A program made the position numbers and the translations under genes. A stretch of DNA of 64,000 nt from Hypanus sabinus (Eukaryota). The notes under the pieces were generated by a model. The model ran no database searches. It had not been told where the DNA came from and saw nothing but the letters and a program-made list of their open reading frames with translations. The DNA is taken from positions 7,254,001 through 7,318,000 of the forward strand of contig NC_082736.1 in assembly GCF_030144855.1 (NCBI RefSeq), written 5' to 3'. This document shows, in pieces, positions 1 to 13,594 of this stretch; position 1 is the stretch's first letter; the number at the start of each line of letters is the position of its first letter.

Positions 1-2690
1 TTGCATTAATTCACCACCCTCTGACTAAAGAATCTCTCTGCATTTCTGTTTCAAATGGACAACCTTCTATCCTGAGATTGTGTCTTCTCGTCCTAGACTC
101 CCCCACCATAGGAAGCATCCTTTCCACATGTACTCAGTCTAGGCCTTTCAGCATTTGAAATGAGATTCCCCCCCACCATCCTTCGACATTCCAGCGAGTC
201 CAGACCCAGAGCTATCAAATGTTCCTCGTATGATAACCGTTTCATTCCCAGAATCACCCTTGTGAACTTCTTCTGAACCCTTTGCAGTGCCAGTACATCT
301 TTTCTTGGATGAGGAGCCCATAACGCTTCACAATCCTCAAGGTGAGGCCTCACCAATGCCTTATAAAGTCTCAGCATCACATCCCTGCTCTTGTATTCTA
401 ACCGCTTGATGTGAATGCTAACATTGCTTTGGCATTCCTCACCTCCGACTGTACCTGCAAGTTATTTTTTGGCTGGTTTGCACGAAGACTCCAGGTCCCT
501 TTGCATCTCAGATGTTTGGATTTTCTCCCTATTTGGAAAATAGTCTGTACGTGTATTTTTACTACCAAAGTGCACGACCATGTATTTTCCAACATTGTAT
601 TTCCTTTGCCATTGTCTTGCCAATTCTCCTAATCTGTCAAAGTACTTCTCGAGCCTACCTGTTTCCTGAACAGTACCTGCCCTTATTGTCATCTGCAAAC
701 TTGCAACAAATCCATCTATTCCATCGTTTAAATCATTGATAAACAGCATAAACAGAAGTGGTCCCAACACCGACTCCTGCGGAACACCACTACTCACTGG
801 CAGCCAACCAGAAAGGATCCTTTTATTCCCACTTGTTGACTTGCTGCCTTCTACCAATCAGCCAATGTTCCAACCACGCCAGTAACTTTCCTGTAATACC
901 ATGGGCTATTAACTTGGTAAGCAGCCTCATGTGTGGCACCTTGTCAAAGGCCTTTTGAAAGTCCAAATATATGACATCCATTGCATCCCCTTTATTTATC
1001 CTGCGTGTAATCTCAAAGCATTCCAACAGGTTCATCATTCAAGATTTCCCCTGAAGGAATCCATGCTGACTTTGTCCTTTCTTGTCCTGTCTTTCCAATA
1101 CTCCATATCCTCATCTTTAACAATTAACTCCAGCATCTTCCCAACCACTGAAGTCAGACTAACTGGTCTATAATTTCCTTTCTGCCGCCTTCCTCCTTTC
1201 TTAAAGAGCGGAGTGACATTTGCAATTTTCCAGTCCCCTTGCACCACGCCAGAGTCCAATACGTCTTGAAAGATCATTACTAATGGCACCACAATCTCTA
1301 CCGCTACCTCTGTCAGAATCCTAGGGTCCAGTTCATCTGGTCCAGGTGACTGATATACCCTCAGGACTTTCAGCTTTTTGAGCACCTTTCCCTTATAATA
1401 ATAACTGAACTCCCTTCTCTCCCCTCACTCCCTTCAACATCTGGCACATGGCTAGTAACTTCCACTGATGCCAAATACTCATTTAGTTCATCTGCTATCA
1501 CCTTCCCCCGCCCCCCCACCACCCCATTATTCTTCCTCTGGCCTGATTTTCTAGCAATCCAGTATCCAGTCTCATCTCTCCTTTATGTTTGACATACTTG
1601 AAAAAGCTTCAACGATTCACTTTGATAATATTTGCTAGTTTGCTTGCATATTTAATCTTTATCCTCTTTAGGTTGCTCTCTGTAAGGTGTTAGAAGCTTC
1701 CCAATCCTCTGTATTCTATTTTTTTCTTTGTTTTATGCCCTCCCTTTTGGTTTTACATTAGCTTTGACTTCCTTTTCAGCCACAGTTGTACTATTTTGCC
1801 ATTTGAGTATTTATTTGTTTCTGGAATACGCTTATCCTGGACTCAAGTTGATCTCAATGATACTGTGATCACTGCCTCCTAAGGGTTCTTTTACCTTAAG
1901 TTCCCTAATTGCCTGCTGTTCATTAAATAACACACAATCCAGTATAGCTGATTCCCTCGTAGGCTCAACGACAAATTGTTCTAAAAAGCCATCTCTTAGG
2001 CATTCAACAAACTCACTTTCTTGAGATCTATTTCCAACCTGATTCTCCCAATTGACCTGGTTGTTGAAATCTCCCATGAAATCTCCAATAACATTGCCTT
2101 CTGACATGCCTTTTCCATTTCCTGTTGTAATCTGTGGTCCACATCCAAACAACTGTTGACGGCCTGTTTATAACTGCATCAATGTCCTTTTACACTTGCA
2201 GATTTTTTAAACTCTGCTCACAATGATTCAACATCTTCCGATCCAATGGCTCATCTTCCTACTGATTTGATACCATTCTTTACCAGCAGGGCCATGCTAT
2301 CCTCATTGCCTACCTTCCTGTCCCTCCGATATGTCTAACTTGGGCATTTAGCTCTCAACTATAAATATTTTTCAGCTGTGATTCAATGATGATCACATTA
2401 TACATGACAATCTGTAGTAGGGCAATAAGATTATCCACCTTATTTTTTATATGCTGTGCATTGAGGTACAACACTTCAAGTATTGGATTTGCTACCCTTA
2501 TTGATTCTGCATCCCTCTGCTGGCTGCAGTTATGTCCTACCATCAGCTCGCTCTTCCTGACAGTGTGACTGCATGCTATCTTTTCTTTCTTTACCAACCG
2601 TACTATCCTAAGTACTTTCATGCCAGTTCTCACGCCCCTGACAAATCAGTTTATACCCTCCCCAACAGCTCTAACAAACCAGCAGTACGC
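1..2690 (-). mobile_element. Degraded CR1 LINE (ORF2 endonuclease/RT fragments)
   Basis: ORF pieces GNYRPVSLTSVVGKMLE, YLDFQKAFDKVPH, GVPQESVLGPLLF, LYKALVRPHLE; many stops and frameshifts. Confidence 0.95.
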
Positions 2691-2817
2691 ACACAAGAAA
2701 ATAAATCCCGGGGTTGCGTATGATGACAGAAATGTATTTTGATATTACATTTACTTTCAGCTTTGAACTTTTTATTAGAGAGCCGGGTGTTGTACTTGTC
2801 TGTGTCCTCACTGGCAG

Positions 2818-3825
2818 GTGCTGTGCTCTGGCAGCTCAGTGTGCTTGGAATACAGTGTCAGTGTTTTTACAGAAGTGTGTCCTCATTACACAATTGCTCT
2901 TGTCCACCCTGGAGTTTGGAAGATTGACTGGAGACCAGAATGATTTTTTCAGACTGTTATTGGTCACAGGATCATTCTGGGATGGTCTGGACTATCTGAC
3001 CCATCAAGTTTATACCAACTCCTGCTACAACATTTCCACAGTCCCATTCCCCACTCTGTCCCCACAGCTCTGCTGGTTATTTCCCCTGAAGGACCTGTCT
3101 AATTCCTCTGTGTACACTGGTTGTTCCCGCCACCACTCTGGTGAGTCCCATATTTCCCAAAGCAAAGTCAAGAATGTCTCCCTCCCTGGTGGACCATCTA
3201 CATACTGTTTCAGGAAACCTTGCTGAACACATTTAACAAATAATGCCCCATCCAAGTCTCAGGTGGTAAGGGAGTCCCAGTCACTGGGGAGATTATTCAC
3301 TCAGCAAAGCTGCTCTGTTGTTTTTACATCAGCCCATAACCTGCTGACATATCTGTTCCTCTCTCTCACTGGTTGTTTGGAGCCCTACAGTACAATCCCA
3401 TCGCAGTGATTGCACTCTTCTTATTCCTGAGTTCTACCCGCATTGTCTCACTGGATGAACTTGAATTTGTGACATTCTGCCTGATCAGCAGTACAGCTCC
3501 CCAGCCTCATTCACCTCCCTCTGGACTGTCTGAATCTGAATCCTGGAATGTTTCGCTCCCAGTCCTGCCCTTCTCTGTAATGGCTGATTCACTGTGCCAT
3601 GTACTAATCCAGGCTCTAAGTACATCTGCATTAACTGTTCCACACTCGGCACTGACACAAACACACTTCAGCCCCTCGGTGCCACTGTGCTCATTAACTA
3701 TGCAGTGGTGTACTGGGCAAATGGCATCAACACGGGTTGAAGTCATTCTGACCCTCAGCTCTGTAATGACTCAACCTATAGCCGGGGAAGTGAAGGCACC
3801 CCTCATCTTAGTCTGTTTGCGGTAA
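2818..3825 (+). pseudogene. Non-TE exon-like relic, possibly ADCY10-like C1 region, split by CR1 pieces (~3010-3690)
   Basis: Acceptor tgtcctcactggcag|G at 2817/2818. KCVLITQLLLSTLEF, GDQNDFFRLLLVTG and QMASTRVEVIL resemble recalled ADCY10 KCSLEIHGLFETQEW, GDETHSHFLVIG and NMAQMNDVIL (by eye only). Confidence 0.3.
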
Positions 3826-3847
3826 ATTTTTATTCTTTTATTTCTAA

Positions 3848-4765
3848 TAGAAACATAAAAAATATGTGCAGGAGCAGGCCATTCGGCCCTTCGAGCCTGC
3901 ACCGCCATTCAGTATGATCATGGCTGATCATCCATCTCAGAACCCTGTACCTGCTTTCTCTCTGTACCCCCAATCCCTTTAGCCACAAGGGCCATATCTA
4001 ACTTCCTCTTAATTATAGCCAATGAACTGGCCTCAACTGTTTCCTGTGGCAGAGAATTCCACAGATTCACCACTCTCTGTGTGAAGAAGTTTCTCCTCAT
4101 CTCGATCCTAAATGGCTTCCCCTATATCCTTAAACTGTGACCCCTCGTTCTGGACTTCCCCAACATCTGAAACAATCTTCCTGCATCTAGCCTGTCCAAT
4201 CCCTTTAGAATTGTATACGTTTCAATAAGATCCCCCCTCAATCTTCTAAATTCCAGTGAGTATAAGCCTAGTAGATCCAGTCTTTCTTCATATGAAAGTC
4301 CTGCCACCCCAGGAATCAATCTGGTGAACCTTCTCTGTACTCCCTCTATGGCAAGAATGTCTTTCCTCAGATTAGGGGACTAGAACTGCACACAATATTC
4401 TAGGTGCAGTCTCACCAAGGTCTTGTACAACTGCGGTAGAACCTCCCTGCTCCTGTACAAAAATCTTTTTGCTATGAATGCCAACATACCATTTGCCTTT
4501 TTCACCGCCTGCTGTACCTGCATGTCCACCTTCAATGACTGGTGTATAATGACACCCAGGTCTCGTTGCATCTCTCCTTTTCCTAATCGGCCACCATTCA
4601 GATAATAATCTTTTTTCCTGTTCTTGCAACCAAAGTGGATAACCTCACATTTATCCACATTAAATTGCATCTGCCATGAATTTGCCCACTCAACTAACCT
4701 ATCCAAGTCACCCTGCATCCTCTTAGCATCCTCCTCACAGCTAACACCGCTGCCCAGCTTTCCTC
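3848..4765 (-). mobile_element. 5'-truncated CR1 LINE 3' end
   Basis: WQMQFNVDKCEVIHFG, RDLGV, LEFRRLRGDLIE, FFTQRVVNLWNSLP and a CR1 3'UTR. Confidence 0.95.
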
Positions 4766-4799
4766 CCACTGTCCAAAGACAAATCGGTTAGTTGGTCAC

Positions 4800-7700
4800 A
4801 TGTGCTGATCCACATCCGTCAACTCCACTACTGACCTTTCACTCTTCCCAACTCCTCTCCTGAAAGAGAGCCCAATGATCCATGTAACAAAAATCCTCCG
4901 TCCTGCACCAGCTTGTGAGCCACACATATAACTGTACCACCTTTTTCTTTCTTCCCACACTAGCAGGTGACACTGGGATTACCCCCCTCCTCACCACAGT
5001 GTTTCTACTTAATTTTTTCCCCAACTCCCTCAGTCTCTTTGCAGGACTTTGTCTCTTTTGTTAGAACCAATATGGACACAATCTGTGTCTGCTCACCCTG
5101 CCCTTTCAGAATGGCCTGTACTTGTTCAGTTACATCCTTGGCCCTGGTACCAGGGGGGTAATGCACCATCCTGCAGTCTCTCTCCTTGCCACAGATACAC
5201 CTGTCTGTGACCCCGGCTAAAGACTCACCCGTCACTGAGGCTCACAGAGAACACAGAACAGTACAGCACAGGAACAGGCCCTTCTTTCCATGACGTCTGT
5301 GCTGAGCACGATGTCAAATGGAACTAAATCTCTTCTGCCTGCGTATAATTCATGTGCTTCAATTCTCTGAATATTCATGTCTTATCTAAAACGCTGTTAA
5401 ATGTCATTATCATATCTACTTCCACCACTCCCTAAGGCAACCCGTACTCGGCCCTCACCACTTGCCGTATGGAAACAGAAATATTACCTGCCCTGAAATA
5501 GACTTTTTAATTCTCACCCTGGCATTTTACAGCTGTGCTTTCTCATATTTGATATTTCTAACCTGAGGAAGTGATTTTGACTGTCTAGCTTGTTGGCACC
5601 TCTCATAGTTTTATTAACTTCTGTCAGGTCTTCCCTCAGCCTCCTTCACTCCAGGGAAAATAGTCCCAGTCAGTCTGATCTTTCCTTGTAACTCAAGCCC
5701 CCAGTCCAGGTTCCATTCCTGTGAATCGTTTCTGCACCTTTCCAGCTTAATCACATCCTTCCTCTCGTGGTGACCAGAACTGCACAGGGTACTCCTGGTG
5801 TGGGGTAATTATTGATTTGTACAACTGTAATGTGATGTCCCAACTCCTCTCAGAGCCTTTGCTGATGAAGCTAAGCATTTCATGCACCTTCTTCACCACC
5901 TTGTCTACCTGTGTTGGCACTTTCAGGGAACTATTTACCTGTGCCTCAGGTTTATCTTTTCATCAACACTCCTCAGGACCCTGCCATTCACTGGGTATGT
6001 GCTGACCTGCTTTAACTTCCCAAAATCCATCAATGTGCATTTGTCTGACACTGTAGCAACACTGCTCTGTTTCTCTGCACTAATGCCCCAGCAATAAATG
6101 TCAATGAACCATTCACCTCTGAATTTTGGTCATATATGGTCTTATGAACCCCTCACTGCACCCGTCTCTATTTTGTTGTGCAGGCAACACCTCAACAGTC
6201 CAGTAGTTATGTCATCCCAGCCTGAAACAGACCTGTTATTCTGTCTCAGTATGACAACCAGTCTTCAGTCAATATTAACACACTTCCTTCCCAGTACTGA
6301 GCTCTGGTCTTGTGCACCAGCCTTTCATGTGAGACATTGGCAAATGGCTCCTGAAAATCCAAAATCACCACTTCTCCAACTTCTCCTGTAAAGTCTCAAA
6401 TCTCTGGTATGTTTGTCAAACATGACTTAACATTCAGTAACCCAGGTTACAGGGACAAAAACCAGGTTCCAGATGGACAGGGTGGTGACGAGGCTTTTGG
6501 AACACTGGCCTTCAGTCAGGGCACCGGATATAGAAGCTGGGATGAAATGGTGTGGTTGTACAACACGTTGGTTTGGCCGCATTTCATAAATAGTGTTTAG
6601 TTTTAGTGATCATGCAGTATGACAGACACCATTGAGCTGGAAAGAGTGCAGAGGTGATTTACGGGCATGTTACTGGATCTCGAAGGACTGATTTGTGGGA
6701 AGTGTTTTGGATAATTTTCCTTGGGAAGTTGGAGAATGAGTGGCGATATTGCAGAGGTGAATAAAATAATAAGTGGCCTGGGTTGAGTCAAAGATAACAA
6801 TATTTTTGTCAGGGTAGGGGAATCAAGAACTGAAGAGCATTGGTTTGAGATGAGATTTAATAGGAGCCTGAAGGGCAACTTTTCCACACACAGGCTGGTC
6901 AGTGTATGGAGTGAGCTGCCGGGGGGATGGTTGAGTCAGGTATATTTAAGAAAAGTACTTGGACAGGTAGATGGGAAGGAAAGGTTTTGAAGGATATGGG
7001 ATAAGGAGGAGGATAGCCTTGTTCTTAATGTGGTGATGAGGGGGTTACAGACCACAAGCTCAGATGGGAACTTTGGTCAGTGTGGACCATTTGAGCTGAA
7101 GGGCTCGTTTCTGTGCTGTGTGAATCTGACTGTAAACCCTGTTGACTCAGTTCAATCACATTAAACTTTTCTAAATGACTTGTTATTTCTTCACAGATTA
7201 CAGACTCCAGTAGCTGAAGTGAAGTTAACTGGACTACAGTCACCTGCTTTTTATCTTCCACCCTTCTTCAACAATGGTTTTCAACTCCACTGGGACCTTT
7301 CCGTAACAGTGAGTTTTGACAGACTTCAGTGTCTCTACTTTCTCTCCAGACTTCAGTGCCGGTCGTTGGGACCTGGAAATGTTTGCTTTTAGTCCCTTTA
7401 GTTTCACCCTTGTGTTGGTGATTGTTACACATTATGGGACAATGTTGAAATGTCACTGTTCGATATCTCTGGGATGTTTGCTGTGTCCCCACTGTGAACA
7501 CTAATTAAAATTATTGAGTTAACCTATCTGCTTTTTCCTTGTTAGTTTTAGCTTTTGTCTCATCACTGGTTCCTGGAAAAATCCTGATCCTCTTTTCTAC
7601 TGCCAACCCTTGCCTCTTTTTATGCTCTTTGATTTATTGTTTCCCTTGAACTCCATTGACCACAGAACGTTCTTTGCTCTCTGTGATCCCTCTGTAGAAT

Positions 7701-8070
7701 CGGGATCAACGTCTGCTGACTGTTATGAACAGTCTCCTTAAACATCGCCACTGCTCATTATTGACTTGTCCCTAAGCATATTTACCCCATCTGCCCCAGA
7801 CAACGCCACTGTCACATCTCCGTAATTGCCTTTATTTAGTTTGAGGACACTGGTTCTGGACCCTGGTGTTCACCATCAATCTGTGGTCTGGAGTTCTCCC
7901 ACATTGTGATCACTTCTTCTGGGATACTTCACCACAAGATCTCTCTTTAATCCCACCTCGTTATACAGATTACATATGAGATGTCTTGTTCCTGGGAAGG
8001 TCCTGCTGTAAGAAACTGTCTCTGACCACTCCACAATTTCCTCTTTGACTGTACCAGTTTGATCAGCTCA
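4800..8070. mobile_element. Mosaic of old CR1 fragments (ORF1 esterase piece, RT and 3' pieces), both orientations
   Basis: ICGKERDCRMVHYPPGTRAKDV (CR1 ORF1 SGNH-like) and ESVICEEITSHLEKFNVI; 6040-6410 is not CR1. Confidence 0.8.
6184..6406 (+). pseudogene. Exon-like non-TE segment with one in-frame stop, possibly ADCY10-like C1-C2 linker
   Basis: Acceptor ctctattttgttgtgcag|G and donor CTG|GTATGT; TELWSCAPAF and SPLLQ loosely match recalled SELRPVTIVF and GPAIQ. Confidence 0.3.
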
Positions 8071-8084
8071 ATGACCACACAGAC

Positions 8085-8370
8085 TGACACAAACACGCAC
8101 AAAATACTGCAGGAACTCAGCAAAGAGTCGACATTTTGGGCTGAGAACCTTCATCAGGATTAGCAAGAAAGGGACAGTAGCCAGAATAAGGTGCAGGGAG
8201 GGGGAGGAGGACAAGTGAGTGGGGGAGGGGGTTGTTTTGTGGAGGGATGATAATGTGAAGACCTGGGTGACAGACAGGAAAGGCAAAGAGATGAAGAGAA
8301 AGGAATCCAGTAGGAGAGAACGTTGGACCATGGGATGACACGAAGGAGGTGGAGAACCAGAGAGAGTGAA
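8085..8370 (-). mobile_element. Penelope-like element 3' terminus with degenerate hammerhead
   Basis: Reverse complement CCTGATGAAGGTTCTCAGCCCAAAATGTCGAC at 8127-8160 plus the pyrimidine-rich PLE 3'UTR. Confidence 0.8.
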
Positions 8371-8861
8371 AGCCCCATCTGCCCTTAGCGGTTAGTTATA
8401 TGATGCCAGTAAACCCATTTAGACCCTCCCCGTCACTAAGAAAGAGTCTGTCAGGCTTCGTAGCTAAGCGATAAAAGCCAGGAGCTGGACTTGGTTGACA
8501 GAGACAATTTGAAGCAGTAATTTATAGGAAGTGACAGCTTGTCCCCATTACCGCCCCACCACTGGTTAAAACACGTGTAAGGCACCAATATGTCAGTATG
8601 TGAATGGGAAATGGAACTAGAATGCATTGCCACTGGCAGATTGTTGTTGTTGCAGCTCACAGAGTAGAGGTACTCGATGTTGTGGTACATCAATTTGCTT
8701 CCGATTAAATCTCTCATGACAATCACATTTCCATTCTCATCTCTCTTTGATATTTACCCTTTTGTGTTTTATCCCTTCGGGAGGAACACCTGAGCATCCT
8801 GAGACCACTCCCCCCTGTGTCTTCTTTCCCTCCCCTTTCACCATCACTGTCCCTACATGTA

Positions 8862-10417
8862 AGGTACCTATGAAAAGTATTCATGCTGCTTTAAAGTTTT
8901 CATGTTTTAATGTTTTACAACTTTGAATGACGGTGGATTGAATTTGACATTTGTTTGACTGATCAAGAGAAAAAGACTTTTGTGTCAAAGTGAAAACAGA
9001 TCTCCACAAAGTGCTTGAAATTAATTACAGATATAAAACGCAAAATAATTGACTGTATAAATATTCACCCCCAAATCATCACTGGTACAGTTTTAGGAAT
9101 TACATTATCAGTTAAGTGGAGGACTCTGTGTGAGTCAAGGTGTTTCAATTGATTGTAGTAAAAATACACGACTGTTGGTAGTCAGTATTCTGGGAGAAAC
9201 TACACCATAAAAACAAATTAACACTCTGAGCAGCTCTGCAAAAAGGTAATTGAAAATCACAATTCAGCAGATGGATACAAGAAAATTTTCAAGTCACTGA
9301 ATATCCCTTGGAGTACAGTTAAGTCACTCATCCTGAAATGGAAAGAATATGGCAGAGCTGTAAATCTGCCAGGATTAGGCCATCCTCAAAAACTGAGTGA
9401 CTGTGCAAGAAGGGGACGAGTGAGGGAGGCCACCAAGAGACCTATGATAACTCTAGAGAAATCACAATCTTCAGTGGCTGAGATGGGAGAGACTGTGTAG
9501 ACAACAACTGCTGCCGAGATGCTTCACCTGTCAGAGCTTTTTGGGAGAGTGGCAAAGAGAAAGCCATTGTTGAAAAAAGCTCTCATGAAATCTCACCTGG
9601 AGTTTGCCAGAAGACTCCGAAGTCAACTGGAAGAAGGTTCTATAGTCTGATGAAACAAAATTGACCTTTTTGGCCATCAGATTAAACACTAAGCTTGGCG
9701 CAAGACAAACACCTCACAGCATCAAAAACACACCATCCCAGCCTGGTGGAGGCTGCATCTTGCTGTGGGGATGTTTCACTGCAGCAGGCCCTGAAAGGCT
9801 CAGAAAAGTAGAGGGTAAAATGAATGCAGCCAAATACAGTGAAATCTTTTAGGAAAACCTAATTCAGTCTGCAAGCGAACTGTGACTTAGGAGAAGATTC
9901 ATTTTCCAGCAGGAGAATGACCGCAAGTATAAAATCAAAACTGCACAGGAATGACTTAAAACCAAAGTTAATGTCCTGGAGTGGCCAAGTCAGAGTCCAG
10001 ACCTCAATCCAATTGAGAATTTGTAACTGGACTTGAAAAGATCTGTTCACTCATGAACCGCATGCAATCTGACAGAGCTTCCGCAGTTTTGTAAAGAAGA
10101 ATGGGGAAAATTTTCAGTGTCCAAATGTGCAAAGCGCATAGAGACCTGTCCACACAGAGCCAACGGTAATTACTGACAAAGGTGCGTCAACTTGACTTGA
10201 AGGAGGTGAATACCAATGCAATTAAATTATTTTGTGTTTTATATTTGCAATTAATTAGATCACTTTGTAAAGATCTGTTTTTCACTTTGAGACCAGAGAG
10301 TCCATTCTGCTGATCAGTGTGGGAAAATAAAGACAAATTAAATCCACTGTGAATCAACGTTGCAGAACAATAAACATGAGAACCTCCAACGGAGACTGAA
10401 TACTTTTGATGGCACTG
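8862..10417 (+). mobile_element. Tc1-like DNA transposon, full length, inactivated
   Basis: TA flanks (8860-61, 10418-19), long degenerate TIRs (…AAAAGTATTCA / TGAATACTTTTGATGGCACTG), transposase remnants SDETK, LWGCF, FQQEND, SPDLNPIENL. Confidence 0.92.
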
Positions 10418-10639
10418 TATCCACCCCTTCACCAGCACGTTATGAACAAATCCACCCTGCTCCTTCCATTTTGCCGATTCCGTGTGGAACATTAAACATG
10501 TAGGAATGTCAAATTCCCAGTGCAAGACTCTGTAACCATGTCCCTGCAATAGCTGGTAGATCAAACATATTTGTCAGTACACAATATGGAACAGATGGCA
10601 ACCTGCCCTTCAGTCCACAATATCTGCACCAATCATAAT

Positions 10640-11470
10640 AGTGTTGAGACTTTATAAAGTACTGGTGAGGTCTCACTGGAGTATTGTGAGCATTTGTGGG
10701 CCCTTTATCTTAGGAAGGATGAGCTGAAACTGGATGTGTTTCAAAGGAGATTCTCAAAATTGCCTCCAGGATGAAACAGCTTGGCATATGAAGAGCGTTT
10801 GATTGCTCTGGGCCTGTACTCACTGGAATTTAGGTCAACGAGGGCTGACCTAATTGAAACCTTTCGAATGGTGAAAGGCTTTGATAAAGTGGATGTGCGG
10901 AGGATGGGAGTGTCTGAGACCAGAGGACGCAGCCTCAGAATAGAGCATTGTAGAATGTGGAGATGAGGAATTTCTTTAGCCAGAGAGTGGTGAATCTGTG
11001 GAATTTGTTGCCTCGGGCCGCTGTGGAGCCAAGACTTTATGTATATTTAAGGCAGTGGTTGGTAGATTCTTGATTGGTCAGATCATGAAGGGTTACAGGG
11101 AGAAGGCAGGGGATTGGGGCTTTGAGGGAAAATGGATTAGCCACGATGAAATGACGGAGCAGATTTGATGGGCCTAATGGCCTAATTCTGATCCTATATC
11201 TTAGAGTCTGTATCACCTCCTCAGAAACCTCAATCAGCTTTATCAAGTGTGATCTGCCTGCACAAAGCCATGCTGATTGTCCCTGAGCAGGCCGTGCCTT
11301 TCCAAATGTGTATAAACCCTGTACCTCAGTATCCTCCCCAGTACTCCACCACTGAAATGAGGCTGCCTTGCTTATAGATCCCTAGGTTCTTGTTATTTCC
11401 TTTCTTGATCAAAGCTGCAACATTTGCTACACTCCAGTACTGAGGGACCGCAAATGTTGCAATTCAGGAC
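10640..11470. mobile_element. CR1 fragments (+ strand 3' end, then - strand RT piece)
   Basis: YEERLIALGLYSLEFR and CR1 3'UTR; the - strand piece resumes at 15524. Confidence 0.85.
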
Positions 11471-13590
11471 ACAGACAGACAGACATACTTTATTAATCCT
11501 GAGGGAAACTGGGTTTTGTTACAGTTGCACCAACCAAGAATAGTGTAGAAATATATCAATATAAAACCATAAATAATTAAATAATAAGTAAATTATGCCA
11601 AGTGGAAATAAGTCCAGGACCAGCGTATTGGCTCCCGTTGTCTGACACTCCGAGGGAGGAGTTGTAAAGTTTGATGGCCACAGGCAGGAATGACTTCCTA
11701 TGAGGCTCAGTGTTGCATCTCGGTGGAATGAGTCTCTGGCTGAATGTACTCCTGTGCCTAACCAGTACATTGTGCATTGGATGGGAGACATTGTCCAAGA
11801 TGGCATGCAACTTGGACAGCATCCTCTTTTCAGACACAACCCACAGAGAGTCCAGTTCCACCCCCACAACATCACTGGACTTACGAATGAGTTTGTTGAT
11901 TCTGTTGGTGTCTGCTACCCTCAGCCTGCTGCCCCAGCACACAACAGCAAACATGATAGCATTGGCCACCACAGACTCATGGACCATCCTCAGCATCCTC
12001 CAGTAGATGTTAAAGGACCTCATTCTCCTCAGGAAATAGTGACAGCTCTGACCCTTCTTGTAGACAGCCTCAGTGTTCTTCGACCAGTCCAGTTTATTGT
12101 CAATTCGTATCCCCAGGTATTTGTAATCCTCCACCATGTCCAGACTGACCCCTTGGATGGAAACAGGGCTCACCAGTGCCTTGGTCCTCCTCAGGTCCAC
12201 CACCAGCTCCTTAGTATTTTTCTCATTAAGCTGCAGATGATTCTGCTTGCACCATTTGACAAAGTTTCCCACCGTAGCCCTGTACTCTGCCTCATCCCCC
12301 TTGCTGATGCATCCAACTATGGCAGAGTCATCAGAAAACTTCTGAAGTTGGCAAGACTTTGTGCAGTAGTTGAAGTCCGAGGTGTAGATGGTGAAGAGAA
12401 AGGGAGACAGGACAGTCCCCTGTGGAGCCCCAGTGCTGCTGACCACTCTGTCTGACACAGTGTTGTAAGCACAAGTACTGTGGTCTGCCAGTCAGGCAAT
12501 CAATAATCCATGACACCAGGGAAGCATCGACCTGCATCACTGTCAGCTTCTCACTGAGCAGAGCAGGGCGGTGGGTGTTGAACGCACTGGAGAAGTCAAA
12601 AAACATGACCCTCACTGTGCTTGCCGGCTTGTCCAGGTGGGCGTAGACATGGTTCAGCAGGTAGGCGATGGCATCCTCAACTCCTAGTCGGGGCTGGCGG
12701 GAACCCTCTGGAGACTCAGGCTCAGCTTGAAGACATGGTGAAGTACTCCACATAGCTGGGGGGCACAGCCTTTGAGCACCCTGGGGCTGACACCATCCGG
12801 CCCTGCAGCCTTGCTTGGGTGGAGACGTTTCAGCTGTCTTCTCACCTGTTCAGCTGTGAAGCCCACCATGGTGGTTTCAGGTGGGGGAGGGGTGTAGTCC
12901 TGAGAGCAGGGTGGGGGGCTGTGAGGAGGAGTAGGAGGGGAGAGTGGAGTATGTGTTGGTTGGGGGCCGACAACAGATGAATCGTTTGGGGGATGGGCCG
13001 GGGCCACAGTGTCAAATCTGTTGAAGAACAGGTTAAGTTTGTCGTCCCTGTCCACACTGCCTTCAGTTCCTCTGTTGCTGGTTTGCCTGAACCCAGTGAT
13101 GGTCCTCATCCCACTCCAGACCTCTGTCATGTTGTTCTGCTGGAGTTTCCACTCAAGCGTCCTGACGAAGGGTCTCGGTCCGAAATGTCGACTGTGATTC
13201 TTCCTATAGATGCTGCCTGGCCTGCTGTGTTCCACCAGCATTTTGTGTGTGTTGTTTGAATTTCCAGCATCTGCAGATTTCCTCGTGCTTCCTCCTACAC
13301 CTGTCTTTAGCCTCCCTGATCTTGGCTTTCAGGTCCCTCTGTATTGTCCTCAGCTCCTCCCTATTTCCATCTCTAAATGCCCTCTTTTTAGCGTTCAGGA
13401 TGTCCTTAATGTCCTTTGTTACCCATGACTTCTTATTTGAATAACGAAGGACAGTTCTTGCTGGAACATTGCAGTCCACACAGAAGTTGATGTAACCAGT
13501 GATGCACTCTGTGAGCCCATCATTGTCCTCTCCATGTGGCTCACAGAGTGCCTGCCTGTCTGTCACCTCAAAACAACTCTGGAGTGTCTC
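11470..13590 (-). mobile_element. Rex1/Babar-type LINE, 5'-truncated
   Basis: 293-aa RT ORF (GAPQGTVLSPFLF, KFSDDS), FFDFSSAFNT, KAAGPDGVSPRVLK; (TCTG)n tail at ~11470-11485. Confidence 0.92.
13159..13286 (+). mobile_element. 128-bp Penelope-derived mini-element beginning with a minimal type I hammerhead ribozyme (13159-13192)
   Basis: GTC-CTGACGA-AGGGTCTCGGTCC-GAAA-TGTC|GAC; cleanly interrupts the Rex ORF. Confidence 0.85.
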
Positions 13591-13594
13591 AGAT

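Noticed and set aside
11700-12455. 251-aa plus-strand ORF
   Set aside because: Antisense shadow of the Rex RT.
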